61,384 nucleotides of DNA, filler included, from Sphacelaria rigidula (GCA_964200075.2; 11 parts of 11 records of this genome joined end to end with filler, not necessarily neighbours in it), one strand, 5' to 3'; shown: positions 11,908 through 25,400, counted from the first letter of the whole stretch. The notes: a model not told the origin generated them from the letters alone. Program-made: numbers and translations.

Positions 11908-14900
11908 ATGATGGGTGGCGATGAAGGATCTTCTGCTGCAGCGGTTGCAATTTCTGTTTCTGTAGGTGCGCGGAAGGTTCTCCTGGAGGATGTGCTCCTT
12001 GTGGCCGTGCACAAGGCTAGGGTGGACCTGCACCCTGCCTCTCTTGAGAAGGCGTGTCCGTGTGCATCTAACAAGAAGGGCGTGGAAGATAAAGCATTCG
12101 ACATCAGGTACTACATATTGATGTTTTACCCCTTGGTAATGCCCAGCGTTACCGTAGTAGTGCGCAGTGCTGCCCAGGTCTAGTGGTAGCGGAAAGAGTA
12201 GTCAAGGAACTTGACGGGACTGTCAACCAACCTCGTTATACTACAATCGAGTACTTTTACCAAGATTTCATGTACTGTGACAGTACGGTGCACCACAGTA
12301 CAGTCAGCACAGCACAAGACTGTCTTCAGTGTTGTGGATCCCCTCATCGCAACACGGGGTTTGCGGGGAGATCTGGTGTGTTCTGCTTGACAGCCAATAT
12401 GTATGTCGAGTTCCCATTGCGATCTAAAGCATCTGATCACAGTCACTGTGTTATTGCCGATAGGATCGCTGGCCTTTTCCTCTTTGGCTGCACAAATGTC
12501 GGAGAAGATGCACGGTGAGACGGCGAACATTTGTCGTGCGGGCTGCCACGGATGATGGATACAGTTGCTGTATGTAGTCGGAAACATTCTGTACAGCCGC
12601 CCAGCAAAAGCAGTTCCTGTCGCTTCATCCAGTGGTAGGTACAGCCAATGCTCTCTGGCAGTACGAGTATTGTTCTACGTGACTGCACACGGTGGGGTCC
12701 ATGACTGCACGGGCTTTTGCGCTGGCTGTGTTACGGCGTGAAAATCAATACAAGACGAGAGGCAGGCTCACCCGCGGTCAACTTTATTCTCTGCTGAGCA
12801 ATCAGGCCTCTGAAATCTCAGATTTGGTTATTCGATTCAGCGATGATTCGTGTGACCCTTGGAAATAAGCGTGCCGCGTCACTTGACAAGCAATATTTCT
12901 GAAACAAATTTGTACGCAGTCCATCCTAGTCCATGTGCAGCGAGGTTACATGCAAAGAGCCGAACCCTAAACATCACGCTATCCGCGCCCGAGCCCCCCA
13001 ACACGTCAAAGCCAAGTACGATTCAAACGTGATTTTTGGGCGACGGGTTCGGGTAAAGTTGTGCTGCTGCACGTGGGCTTTTGACTATCTAACCTCGTAA
13101 CATCCTCACGTGCGTCAGGTCAGATATCGGGAACACTAGTCTGTTCTCCCGGGTTATTGTCTATCCTGTCCCCGGAGTAATGGTCATACTCCAACTTCAG
13201 TTGGTGTCTCTTCCCACGCCCCCTGGAGCTCACTTCCCCTTTCGACCCTGGAGTCTCTCTCCACACAAGAACAAACTGTCTAGGCACGTCCCACGGCCAA
13301 GTCCGTGGCTTCCTGAGACTACTTCTCCCACACCCAGGGGTAGTAGCCTTATTAGCGTCGACTTGACAAACAACCTACTTAACATTAGTATTCTTGTGCT
13401 ATTTACATATATATATATTAAAAAATATATATACCCTTAATCGACAGCATTTTTGTCATGTGAAGGCGAGGTGAGACTTTATCGATGACCCGACTTAGTG
13501 CGGGTTTCTTGGCACCGCAGGGCTGTAGGAAAAACCGGCAGAGAATGTAGTTTACGTCAAATGACGTGGAAACCCAGGGGGGTGGGGGGGGAAGGGGGAA
13601 TTTGAAGCTGCCGTAAAATTGGCCTGAAGCGTCCACGTGAGGCATCAAATAGGAATTATTTGTCCAAGGGACACAACGCTCGCCGCATTAGACTAGAAAT
13701 AGGCAAGTTGCAGTCGAAGAATTGAGATTCGGATTGGGCTGTACTATCGAGCGGGCATTTTTGCCCGGCGCTCCCTTGTTCGCGGCAGCAAACCAAAAAG
13801 CAAACAACATATTTTTGGCGAAGTAAACTATGAGCGGGTCAGGTTATTTAGGCATCGTTCTGAACTTGGTATGGTCGAAAAATTTCCTTGAACGGTCCTT
13901 AACCCTTCGACCGCGAGGGTAGGTCACCCGCTGAATCGGTATCAATTTTCACTTGAAAAAAATATGCATAATCTAGATGGACTACCCGCACCGCGGTCCA
14001 AGGGTTAATTCCAGCTATTCAAGCCGACTTACCACCTGGCCTGGGAGTATTCGAGCCACGGCAAAGATCGAGAGAGCCACCCGATGGTGTTTGCGGGTGT
14101 TGCGACCGTTGTAGAGCCAATTCAACTAGTCTATTTTTATGTGTTTTACACTGCGATCGTCTTCTATGCGCACTGCATTGGATATGTGACTCACGACTAT
14201 TGGGATTTTTTATATTTCATACGTTTTTGTTGAACCCGAGAATTTCGGAGAGTGGACTAACCCTGGGAGGATCCCGCTGATGGATTATCATCCGCCGCGC
14301 TACATCAATCATGATTAAATCCGAGTAGTTGATGCCAAACACAACTACTGTACATCCTTCTTTTTCTTTCAAGCCAAACTGGAGTAAGCATGCACATATG
14401 CTGCCTCGGTGTACATGCCACTCGCACAATCAATCATACTGTACACTCAACCCTTTCCCCCTCCCAAAAGATATTTTTGGGGTATTTGTTGTTCACGACG
14501 ACGGTACAGCAGTATACAGATGTTACAACCACTGAGCAAACCCCCCTGTCCCTCCAATACCAACTTCAATCCCACCCTCCACGCCAAACCAACATTAGCG
14601 ACATCTCGGATGTCCCGGCCGATAAAGACGGCGCTCTCTCGGAGACGGCCGCGCGCGCGACGATGTTCGCCAGAGTCGCGTCTTTGATGAACGGGCGATC
14701 TGGGGTGCGGAAGGAGGTGATCGTGTTGCTGTGCGACATGCTGAACAAGGGGGTTGTGCCTTTACTGGCGCGAGGGGAGAGCGGGGGAAAGGGCGATGGT
14801 CCCGCTTTGGCTAAGGCGTTGCTGGGAGAAGGGTTGTGCCTGTTCCAAGGGGAAGTCAGGTACAGAGATGGTGATAGTGGTGGTTCTTGTTCCATGAATT

Positions 14901-16544
14901 TATTCGGCTTTGCGCTTAAGTCGCTTGATGTGGGTCAAGTTGCGTTGCTAATGCCAGCGTAACTGTATTGTGTGTTCACGTGTGTGCGTGTGTGTGTGCC
15001 TGTGCGCGTTTTTTTTTTCTTCACAGGTTAGGTATTTTTCCCATGTGAATTGAGAAAGCAAAGTAAGAAGGTCTGTTCCACGTGTATACCGACTATAATA
15101 ACTCCAGGATGTAAAAGTCTTTTCTCTGCACCATGCAGTCATGCATGCTGTTGTAGTGAGACCGAAGATATCTGTGTTTGTGCGACGGCGTTCACGAGTC
15201 AACGAGGTCCAATGGTGATGATTACCACCATTCTTACTTCGTCGATGTACGCCTGCTCGTTGTTGTGTGCTTCATGAAATACTCTTTTAAAATACGCGAG
15301 AGGCTTCATGAGTTCCGCAACCTCCGCGAAGGTTTTGAGCTTGGCCCTTTTTTATCAGGCAATGCGCGGTGGTCATGACGAAAGCAGAAACAGAAAACAC
15401 TTGATTCTTGACAATGTCCCTCGGTTACTCCGGCAAGTACGGTCAATGTTCAGCCGACCCAAGCTGTACTCTCTCAAGGGCATAATACTAGTGAAGCAGT
15501 CTAAACCGCCGCACTCCGGTGGTTTAGCGGTACAACTGACATCATCGTTTCGTTGGTGGATTGATTGTCGCACATCAACTGTTCCCCCCAGGAGTCATGA
15601 TCCAGTCGTGGTCATTATCCACAAGAGAGACGTACCCAGGGTAACCCAAGGGGAAATGCCGTTAGGCCGAGAAAATGTAGGTACGATTCTCAGCAGGTGC
15701 ATATTCCTTCTTTTTTCAGACGTATCTGATTTCTGTCGTGGAAATCGTGAGGAGGTATACGTGGTACGGAGGGGAAAAACAACATTTCACGATAGACGAC
15801 GCGGTGCGAGGGTGCTGATCCTGTCCTGCGGTACCATAATGCCCTAGGCGTGTACCGGGGCAGAGATGGGTTGATTCCTTGAAACGACGGAGTCGTTCCA
15901 AGGAACGGGAGGGCTTGAAAGTGTGCCTATTAATAAGAAAAGAAGAAATCAGGAGTCACGAGGAAAAAGTGTTGATGACATGCGAACAAGATCGACAGAG
16001 ACGCATGAATAAACGGAAGGACGTGCGTTCACAGAAGTATAACTACACTTTCGGCCAGTATCCCTCTGCCCATTTTTTTTTCACTTGTAGACCGATAGCT
16101 TTGGGCTTATCTCTACGGTTGACAGCACGACTACTTGATTTTAGAGTCGAGAAAGTTCTGAGAATTTTTATGGTTAGAGAATGTGGTTTGGTCGAAATCG
16201 GCGCCTGCGGCGTCGATTTGAGGTCTGCCAACGCACTCTTTGCCTGAATAGGGGAACCTATGCAACCCTTTTGCCCGAGGGTATCGTACGCCTTGGGTCG
16301 AAGTTAGCGTTAGGGTTATTGTTATTGTTAGCTTGTCCGAAAAAATCAACCACAGATTTTTCTGTTGCGCGACGCTCAACATCCCGCAGACCATTGCTGG
16401 AAGCAGCGTCCGCTTGCGGCCTATCCCCGCTTTCCATGCTGACCCCCGGAGAGGGAAAGACGATCGCACTCGGCAACTTTGTCGGCGTTGGAGTGGCCGC
16501 CATGGCTGCTGGAGCAGCTGCAAATGCCATCGAGATAGCTGACG
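11908..16544 (+). CDS. Histidine/phenylalanine ammonia-lyase-fold protein, N-terminal part, lacking catalytic motifs; exons 11908-12107, 14599-14859, 16390-16544
   Basis: GT-AG exons splice in phase (2,2,1). ALSETAARATMFARVASLMNGRSGVRKEVIVLLCDMLNKGVVP, ALLGEG and ACGLSPLSMLTPGEGKTI match HAL/PAL helices. The MIO-forming ASG is replaced by GKG. The gene continues off the contig. Confidence 0.85.
13903..14004. mobile_element. piggyBac-type MITE, 102 bp
   Basis: TTAA on both sides (13899-13902, 14005-14008). TIR cccttcgaccgcg / cgcggtccaaggg. Confidence 0.85.
16100..16370 (+). mobile_element. Member of a MITE family with a TTAGGG-like block
   Basis: gaaatcggcgcc...tttgcc...ttgcccgagggt...cgccttgggt..gttagcgttagggtta is shared with ~26380-26545, ~26760-26900 (minus), ~29960-30130, ~32000-32190, ~45035-45135 and 45931-46242 (minus). 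Confidence 0.7.
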
Positions 16545-16770
16545 GTACGTTGGCTATGAACTGAGGTCGTCCGGGGGGGAGGGGGGGGGGGGGGTTCCAA
16601 ATTTGTTGGTTTCCATAGGTTTTTGCGCAAAGACCTCCTATCCCTTTTGGGCTGCAGGCCGGGGGGGGGGNNNNNNNNNNNNNNNNNNNNNNNNNNNNNN
16701 NNNNNNNNNNNNNNTTAATTAATTAANNNNNNNNNNNNNNNNNNNNNNNNNNNNNNNNNNNNNNNNNNNN

Positions 16771-19700
16771 CTTATCATCCGACGGAATCCACAAAACATC
16801 ACTACTGCCAACACGGACGCGAAGCAAATCCCCGTCAGCCATAGTAGCTTGACCGAAAGTCATAGGAAAAGAATGAACACCGTCGCCGACTGTTTTGCGC
16901 TGCGCGGTACAAATGACATCTAACGAGGGCAGCGAATCATCGGCATCACACGGGCTGTACCCGGCAACAAAACGAAGAGGCTCGGTAGGAACCTTCACCC
17001 AGCGAGACAACAAATGTCCCCAACAACTGCGTTCTCCAGGAATGTGTTCAATGGCATACCGGTATTGGCTTAGTACCCCTTCCCAATTTTCAAGCGGTTG
17101 TGCCATGGCCTTCGTCACCGATGTGACACACTCTTCGGGATGAAAAATGTAGCTGAGATTACGATGATCGGTGAAAATGCGGACACCACCCCAAAGCAAG
17201 TACTCTAGCCTTCGAAATGTATTGACTATCGCGAAACCTTTCTTGTCCACTGTCGCCCACCGCAACTGTGAACCCTCAAAATTACCACTGAGAAAAGCCA
17301 GCGGTTCGTGTGACATGGTTTCGAGCGCAATGCCACTAACAAATTCTGCGACAGGCACTTGCGTAAAAAAACTGCCCCAGTGAAAATCCGAAGCATCCGG
17401 AAACATGACAACAACTCACCCTGGATGAGGATGATACAGCGGCATCGCTTGCGCCACCAAATCTTGCGCAGCACGCCATGCCCTCACACGATCCTCTGTC
17501 CACGCATCCTCCGGAATTGTACGGTTACGCACCACCCGCTTGGTCCGACGCGAAGCCCCGGCCATGATTTCTTCCAGAAATACTCGAAGCGGAGCAACTA
17601 CTTCCGCCATGCGCGGGAGCGAAGTCCGCAACCAAATCACCGCCTGCAGAAACTGCATCAGCTCACTAGCGTTTTGAGGACGTCGCACATTGCTCAAACC
17701 TTGAACACGGACGGGATCATGCGAAACAGTACCCTTGGAGTACACTTTACCACACCAAACCACTTCGCGTGCAAAAAAAGTGCACTTATGCGCAGCGACG
17801 AACAGACCAATACTCTGCAAGCGGCCAAGAATTTCGTCAAGCAAAGCTAACAGGGCTTCTTCGGTTCCAGCAAAATAGAAAACGTCATCCACCCACACTT
17901 TACAATCTAGTCCCCACAAAATCTTTGTCAACACACCTTGAAAATACGCCGTGGCGTCCAACACGCCCTGCAGGACACGAGTAGGCGTGAACAAGCCTTA
18001 AGGCGTGACGATCGTGAAGAGTTCCTGAGCCTCCGGTGCCAGAGGCATCTGCCAATACCCCTGTAGCAGGTCCAACTTGCCGAAGCATTGGGCTCCCAGC
18101 AACTCCCGCATGTCTTCCTGGCTTGTCATTACCCCTGGAGACTGCTCCACTTGCGCGTTCACCGCCTGATGGTCGCTGACCAAACGGAATAGATCCCTTT
18201 TCGGCACCGCCATCGCCGGACTCGTCCACACAGCTTGGATGTTCCTCACCACTAAACCAAACGCCATCGAAGCTGCGATGCATGAGGCTAACCACCCGGG
18301 CTTCACCGGATCGTACCGTCTGGGCTTGGCCTTCACCACCTTTGCCTGGGGCTTGATCTGCACCCTCATGGGCTCAACGCGCGCTGGCGGGTCACCACGC
18401 AGCGCACGGCGAAATATATCTACGCGGCGACCAAGAATATCGCGCAGACAATGTGCGCCATCGGCGCTAAGGCCCTTCTGCTCGATCTGCCGCACACTAT
18501 CCTCAAGCGCACGCTCCCGTGCACTTCTCTCAACTGCTGGGTCCATGAACATATCAGGCCCCCGATCGACCAAGCGCTCTACTGCTGCATCAGCAGGAGC
18601 CTCCTCCTCACAGGCGCTTTGGAATGACCGTATTGATACGATCACACGCCTTGCAGCAAGATAGCTGGAATTTTCCACGACAGTTTGCACCGGCACAGCA
18701 CGCGGACGTAGCTTCTCCAACGCCAACGGATACAAATCAATTCCCGGCTCCTTGATTGTTGCCATGCCAAATAGAACGACGTTGTCCCCACCGGGCATGA
18801 CAGCGAAAGTAATGGGCTGCAACTGCACCGCCCCCCACGGCGTACGAACGCTAAAAGCAATTGGCACCGTTTTGTGTGTAACCGTCACGGGAGCACCCGT
18901 GGCGGTCTGCGCCGTTTGCGGTCCGTTTTCGAACGAAATTTGAAGCTGAGCGCCCGCCAAACTGCGAAGACATTTGCTCAAGCAAGCCCACACAAATCGA
19001 CGTGAGAGCGGACCTAGAATCCAGAATAACTCTGGCCATAAACGAACCTACAGAACCAGGCAAGGATAAATCTGCGCGTAAGCATTCACCCTTGCGATCG
19101 GCAGGTACCGCGCCTGCCGAAGAACCCTGTTCTGTCCCAATAGTCACCTGAAGCCATGGCTGCCCTCCAGCCCTTGGCATCAATAACTGCGAATCGTCGG
19201 TCCAACCATACCACGTCGCCGACTATGCAGACGGCGCTGTAACCGCCGTCGCAGCCCTAGGAAATTTACCAGACACGGATCCTGCCTGGCCGATGGGTTG
19301 CGAGCTATTCGCTCCAGCACTCCCCACCGGGGTGTTTCTGTTTCCCACGTATACTGTCCGCCCCGCTACGGACGAACCATAAGATCTAGAGTCACCACCT
19401 GATGACGTAGTGGAAGAAACAGCAGCGGAGGAACCACAGTCCGTCGCCGATTGCTTGCTTTCGCGGCCGCAGCGCCCGCGTCCCTGATTTTCACGGCCCC
19501 GTCAACCGTGACGACTGCTCCGAGATCCTGATAAATCTCGCGCATTGCCCTGTGCAGCGCCTTGAGCGCGAGGCTTGGGGCAGTCTTTGATCATGTGCCC
19601 GGTGTTGCCGCAGTTATAACACACCCGAGTGGACGACTCTCGCGAAGACGGCTGCTGTTTCTGTTGCTGTTGCTGTTTTCGGCGCGAACCACCTGCACTT

Positions 19701-20574
19701 GTCGCAGAGCCGCACCGGTCATGTGCTTCGATGAATTTCCACTGATCGTCCGCCTCAAATATGTTTTTGAACACCACCGTCGGGTTCTTGTTCCAGCCGT
19801 CAATATACGTCAGTACATTTTTCACACTCGCCTTGAATCCCGGGGGCAAAATCCCATCCACCAAAGCTACGGACACCGAATCGGCCGGGCCAGGCAACCA
19901 ACTCCTGTCCTCCGCACGGTACATTGCTTGCACCATATATTTTCCAGCAAAAAACCTTTCCATGTCTGAACCAACCATCATGGCACGATTCTTCACGGAC
20001 TTTCCATCGCTCTGCTTCATTGTAAGTACCATACGTAGGTCTGCTGCAGCCCGCGTAGTGTCATGCTTTCCACCGGTTGTCGTATACCCGGCATGCTGCT
20101 TCACAGCATCAAGCAATTCATCGCAGGTCATAACCCGACCGTCCTTGTACATATCCTCGAAGCAGCGGTGATGTAGACAGGAATGAGTTGACTCATGCTC
20201 ACCCTCTTATGCCGTATGATTCCTTCTGCAGTAGCTAGACTCCACCTCTGTACGTATTCAACGTATCTCGCAAACAACACGCGAGATGCCTCCTCGGTCC
20301 ATAATTAACCATACTTTGGCGGCTGTAATGGCTCACCTAATACCAGCGGCGTTGCCGCCGCTTGAGCCATGTCGTCTATACTTCAAACACTTCACGGAGA
20401 TGCTCTTGCCTGACTTGTGCGTCTTCCAGCTCACTGAGCGTCCTCCCAGTGCTGTGCGCTTCAGGCTGCGTCTCCTCCTATCTGCGGGCTCTGCAACTGG
20501 CTCTATGAACTGCTGCCCAATCTCTCCTCAGCCAAAACTCCTCTAACAGGGTGCCGGAAGAAATATCTAGATAT
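16771..20574 (-). mobile_element. Ty3/gypsy internal region: gag (zinc knuckle), protease, RT, RNase H; pseudogenised
   Basis: CYNCGNTGHMIKDC in ORF 19502-20152. Protease ILDSRS at ~19020. RT motifs LDLLQGYWQM and VWVDDV. RNase H motifs FPDASD and IFTDHRNL. In-frame stops at 17998 and 17416, plus frameshifts. Confidence 0.95.
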
Positions 20575-20832
20575 TGTAGCCTCTGCCAGATGATCTCGAC
20601 AAGAGGACTATCCACGAGGGACTCCTCCAGTAGCACTGGCCTCGTGCTCAACAAGCCCTTTCTTCTCACTTGTTATTACCTCGGAGTGATCCAGGAATAG
20701 ACCACACAATGAGCCAGAAGCAAGGGGCCACACAGATAAGGATAATCAATCCAGGATCCCCTGTCCCCTGCGACTGCTCCGATTATGCATGCGATTATAC
20801 TGAAACCTACGGCTTGGTATCATTTGGCTACA
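20575..20832 (-). repeat. Single LTR (258 bp) of the contig-4 gypsy element
   Basis: TGTAGCC...GGCTACA terminal inverted repeat. Preceded by gagggtgc, equivalent to gggggtgc before the contig-11 LTR. Lies between the integrase/chromodomain end and the gag start. Confidence 0.85.
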
Positions 20833-20910
20833 GCACCCTCAAAGCGAGTTCAAGACAAACGAACGAGCTTGACAACCAACAAGAACCAAGGCGAAATCAC
20901 ATGCGCCAGA

Positions 20911-22260
20911 TCACAAAGAAATATAATAAATCGACGCGAATTTACTGGTCAGCGCCCGATTCAACCGCAGTTTACACAGTTCCTTCGGAACAAATTCAGG
21001 CGCAGAAGAATGAATCTTGCGAAGAGACTTCCACGTACGTTCTTTAGCCCCGAACCCTTCCCAATCCATCAAAACAATGACATTACCATTGTCATCCTCA
21101 GCAACGTGCACCAAAGCATTCATCCGATATTCACCTTGAGCATACGGATGCTGAAATACATATTTTAGTTCCGCAGTGATGTGCAACTGCGAATCAGCAT
21201 AGAAACGTAAACGAGCGACATGGGCCGAGTGCACGACGCCAGAAACAATGTTCTGCACCGAATACACGTGAGCGTGATCGGCTCCAACCACACGCCACGG
21301 ACCTGTTCACGTGGACATCAACTGTGGCGTCACACCTTGCCTCCGAACACGGGCATACAAGACGTAATCTCCACCTGAAAACTTGGGCAACACAACCTGG
21401 CCCTGAGCAAGCTTGCACTTCGTTACAAAACCGCACTTGTTCGTCAACCACGCCTCGAACCTTGTCACACAACGATTCAGCATCCATGATATCGACGTTC
21501 CACTCGCCACCAGAGACAGAAGCCAGCGCGGAAAACGCTGTACGTGGCGCACGCCCAAACATCACACAATCCGGAGTGCTACGGTAGCGTTCACGAGAAG
21601 AAGTATTCAACGCCCACTGAGCGGCTGGCAAAACATCAACCCAGTCAGACACTGGCCGTCACTGTTCCGACAAAATAGACCGCAACGCACGAATTACCTC
21701 TTTCACCATGCGTTCACAAGCACCATTTGACCAAGGGGTATACGCCACAGCAAATCGGTGTTGCACCTTCAGCGCATCGCTCAGCTGCGCGATCACTCGA
21801 TTATTGAAGTGCGTGGCGGTATCACTGACCCAAACACGCGGCACCCCCAAAGTCTTTCACCAATGGAGCAAGTGCTTAGCCGTAACCTCGGCAGTGCAAG
21901 CCTCGGTCGGCTCCAAGCAATCGAAATTGAACAAATAATGAATGATAACCAAAACGTACCGAAAACCACCCTCCTCAGGTAGACCATTAGTATCTTCAGA
22001 TCCGCTACTTCCGACGTACAGAAAATCAAAATAAACAACTTCGCCTGGCGCAGTACCATGCACAGTATCGCCATACGGGCGACGCACAATCGCACCAGCA
22101 CGAGTGTCTACACAATGCAAACACCGTCGAACGAACTCGCGAACGTGGGAATCCATGTGAGGCCACACACAGTATTCCTTCAAACGAAACAGAGTCGGCG
22201 CCACACCCCGGTGACCAGCCGACCGCATGCGAGCGCACACCATCAAGCGAGTTTGTAGAG
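20911..22260 (-). mobile_element. Ty3/gypsy integrase and chromodomain-like tail; pseudogenised
   Basis: AGHRG...CLHC zinc-binding remnant. Catalytic-core motifs YFDFL, VSDTATHF and NGACER. Chromo-like VLMDWEGFGAKERTW. Confidence 0.92.
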
Positions 22261-22499
22261 NNNNNNNNNNNNNNNNNNNNNNNNNNNNNNNNNNNNNNNN
22301 NNNNTTAATTAATTAANNNNNNNNNNNNNNNNNNNNNNNNNNNNNNNNNNNNNNNNNNNNGACTCGAAATTTCGAGCAACAAGTGGCCCAAAATACCCCC
22401 CCCTCCTATCGTAGGGTGACTCAAGGACACTCCAAAGGGTTTCATAAGGTGGTTGCGATGTGAGCATCGGACGATTTCGAGGATTCCGGAGATTTTGGA

Positions 22500-25400
22500 T
22501 ACGTTGCAACGGAGACTAAGACTGGTGGACACGCATCCGCAGCAGACAGTGCACAAGATAACTGCCCTATTCTAGGTGGTGGGGGCAAGGAGGTTTGGAT
22601 AGCGGATAGCGGAGCATCATGCCACATGTCTCCATCGAGGGAGAGAATATGTGATTACGAGCCTTGCACGAGTGTATCGGTCACTGTAGGAAACAGCCAT
22701 TAAGTGCCGATAGCAGGTTTTGGCAAATTTTTGGTATCAATGGTTGGTGACGATGATCAACTAATTTTCAGTATCAACAAAGTGGCACATGTCTTGGAGT
22801 TAGACGTAAATTTGTTTTCCCTGCTGATTGTGGCCGTGAAACATAATTTGCAGACTAGTGTGACGAAGAGAGGGACTGTGATTACTTTGCTTGATGGGAG
22901 GGGAGTGTTTTTCAAGAAGAAAGGAAGGAGTTATATCATGGTTTTTACTTGATTGTCACCATCAACCACTTCGACGGATTGCAAAGTTGACCACGATGAG
23001 TGCGCCAATGCTGTTTTCGCCCCTGGAAAGATGCAAATCAACCTCGATCAGGTGGACATCAATCTGTTTCATCAGTCTCACGGCCACCTGAATGAGGGCT
23101 TGTTGCGAGAAACCGCGAAGCAGCAGGGAGCGTCTTTGGTGGGAAAGTTTGAGGAGTGCAAGGGGTGCTCCATGGCCAAGGGGCTGCGAAAGCCCAGTCA
23201 AAGTTAGTTGAGAGTACGGGAGGTTTGAAGTATTCGCTTCTGATTCGGGATGATTTTTGGCGGAAAGTCTGGATGTATTTCGGGACACACAAGTCCGACA
23301 CTACTAAAGAATTCGAGCAGTACCTCGCAGATGTGGGTGCAAAGTGCACTCCCTCGGTGGTAGAAACTGTAAGGTCGGACGGCGATGGAGATTTTGCTGG
23401 GTCTTCCAGCGACCTGTGTAGGACACGAGGAATTAGACAGGAGCACACGCCAGCAGACAGTCCTGAGTATAACGGTGTGGCTGATCGTGCGATAGCAATG
23501 GTTGCACGATTTCAGGCGAAGGTACTGTACGATGTTGATGTTCCGGCAAGAACGTGGGCTGAAGCGTGTCGTTGAGCAGCAAACGTATTGAATCGCTCTG
23601 CTACCGCGGCTAGCCCTGGTATGAAATCTCCAGATAACTATACTATGGTGTAGTACCCCAGGTTAAGCTTTTACCTTTCAAGCCGGGGTACATTCAGTAC
23701 AAGAGAACGTCAAAGTGTATGCATAAAGCACAGGAGGAGTATTTTTACTTGGTACCTGGTTGCAACTACCCCCGTGACTCCATGAGAATGGAGACGAAGG
23801 GTAGATATGTCATCACCACTCGCAATGTCACTTGGTGCCGTTTACCCCCCTCAAGTGCACAAACAGCGGTTCCGTTTTCTAGGCGGGGTAGGGAAATCTC
23901 GCAGGATGTAGAGAGCGGGGAGGGCGATGCCGAGGACAATGATTCAGGGGAGTCGGACCTTGGGGTGGGGGTGGGGGGGTAAGCCACGGATCATGCGGTG
24001 TCCGAGCAGCGTTAAAGAGATGCCAATGAGAGGTCGGAACCTGAGCAGGGACTACACAGTGACGACGGCGAGAACACAATGGAGCAGCCGCCTACGTCGC
24101 TTGCGTCGTCTACATCGTCTGTCGGTGGCGGAGATGCCGCGAACCAACTATATTCGGTTGAGTCGATGCTGGGTCGAACGTGGCAACAGACACGACTGCT
24201 ACAGCAACAACGCCAAGAACAGCGACTGCATCATCATGTGTCTGATCTACAAAATCTAGAAGGCAATCACCGTGCGTTGTGGGTAACGACGGAGGATTTG
24301 TGGGACGCCGACAGGATACTGGCATTCCTGCGCGACGCGGACGACCCCAAAAAAACAGGGGAGTCTGAGTTGGAGGTTATTCCATATGTTACTCTTGATG
24401 AGACGGAGGTAGCACCGAAGACGGTGAAGGATGTAAACAATTCTCAGGTCAAGATAATGTGGGTTGATGCAATGGACAGAGAGGTGGAAGGATTGGAACG
24501 TAACAGCACGTGGACAGTTGTAGACTCACCGCCAGCAGGAGAAAAAGCAATAGATTCCAAGTGGGTTTTTCAGTGGAAGACTGATGAGCATGGTTATGTG
24601 ATCGTCAAGCTCGACTGGTGTACAGGGGTGATCGTCAAGAGATTGGGGATATTTAAACGTTTTCACTTACCCCTTCCTCAACAACCAACAGAGTAGCCAT
24701 GGCGGTAGCTTGCGCTGACGGAAATGCCATTTTACTCTTTGATGTTGAGCGAGCTTTGAGGTCTAGGTGGACGGTCAGGTGCTGTCGTACACCTGAGGAA
24801 GCGTTTGTATGAGATTCGACCAGCGGCTAGAGAATGGTTTGTTAATCTGGGTAAAACTATGAAAAGTCTGGGCTTCGACCAGGGTTTGGTCGACCCGTGC
24901 ATTTGTAGGTGTATGGACGGGCAGGACGTCCAGGTTTTGATTGTGGTGCATGTCGATGACATTTCCGTGGTGGGTGATGAGGCTCTGTGGAACAAGTTAG
25001 CTGCAGATCTCGTCTGTCACTTTCCGACGAAAACTCTTGGAGAACTGGTCTTGTATGCGGGGTGCGAGTATAGGCACGGCGTCGAGAAGGGCATTCTGAA
25101 GTTGTCACAGACTACATATATCCAACGGATTCTAGACAGGTTTTCCATCACTAGGACCGCAGCGACCCCCGCGTACGTTTCACTTTTTTCAAGGTTGATG
25201 AAGGAGAAGGCTTCAGGCGGAGGTATCGCGAGGCGGTAGGATCGCTGATGTGGCTCTCTAGTAACACTCGCCCGGATATCGCCGATGCCGTAAGAGCTGC
25301 TTCGAGGCACAACGAGAACCCGACAGCAGAAGACTGGCGCAAGGTGTTCAGGGATTTCGAATACCTGAGGGCTGCGGTAGATTTAGGAATTACGTTTATC

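Noticed and set aside
10326..11908. Apparent head-to-head KIF9 / HAL-like gene pair with a shared promoter
   Set aside because: An artificial linker separates them, and the KIF9 5' exons are not present.
18239..19969. Plus-strand ORFs over the gypsy element
   Set aside because: They are antisense shadows of GC-rich gag/pol coding sequence.
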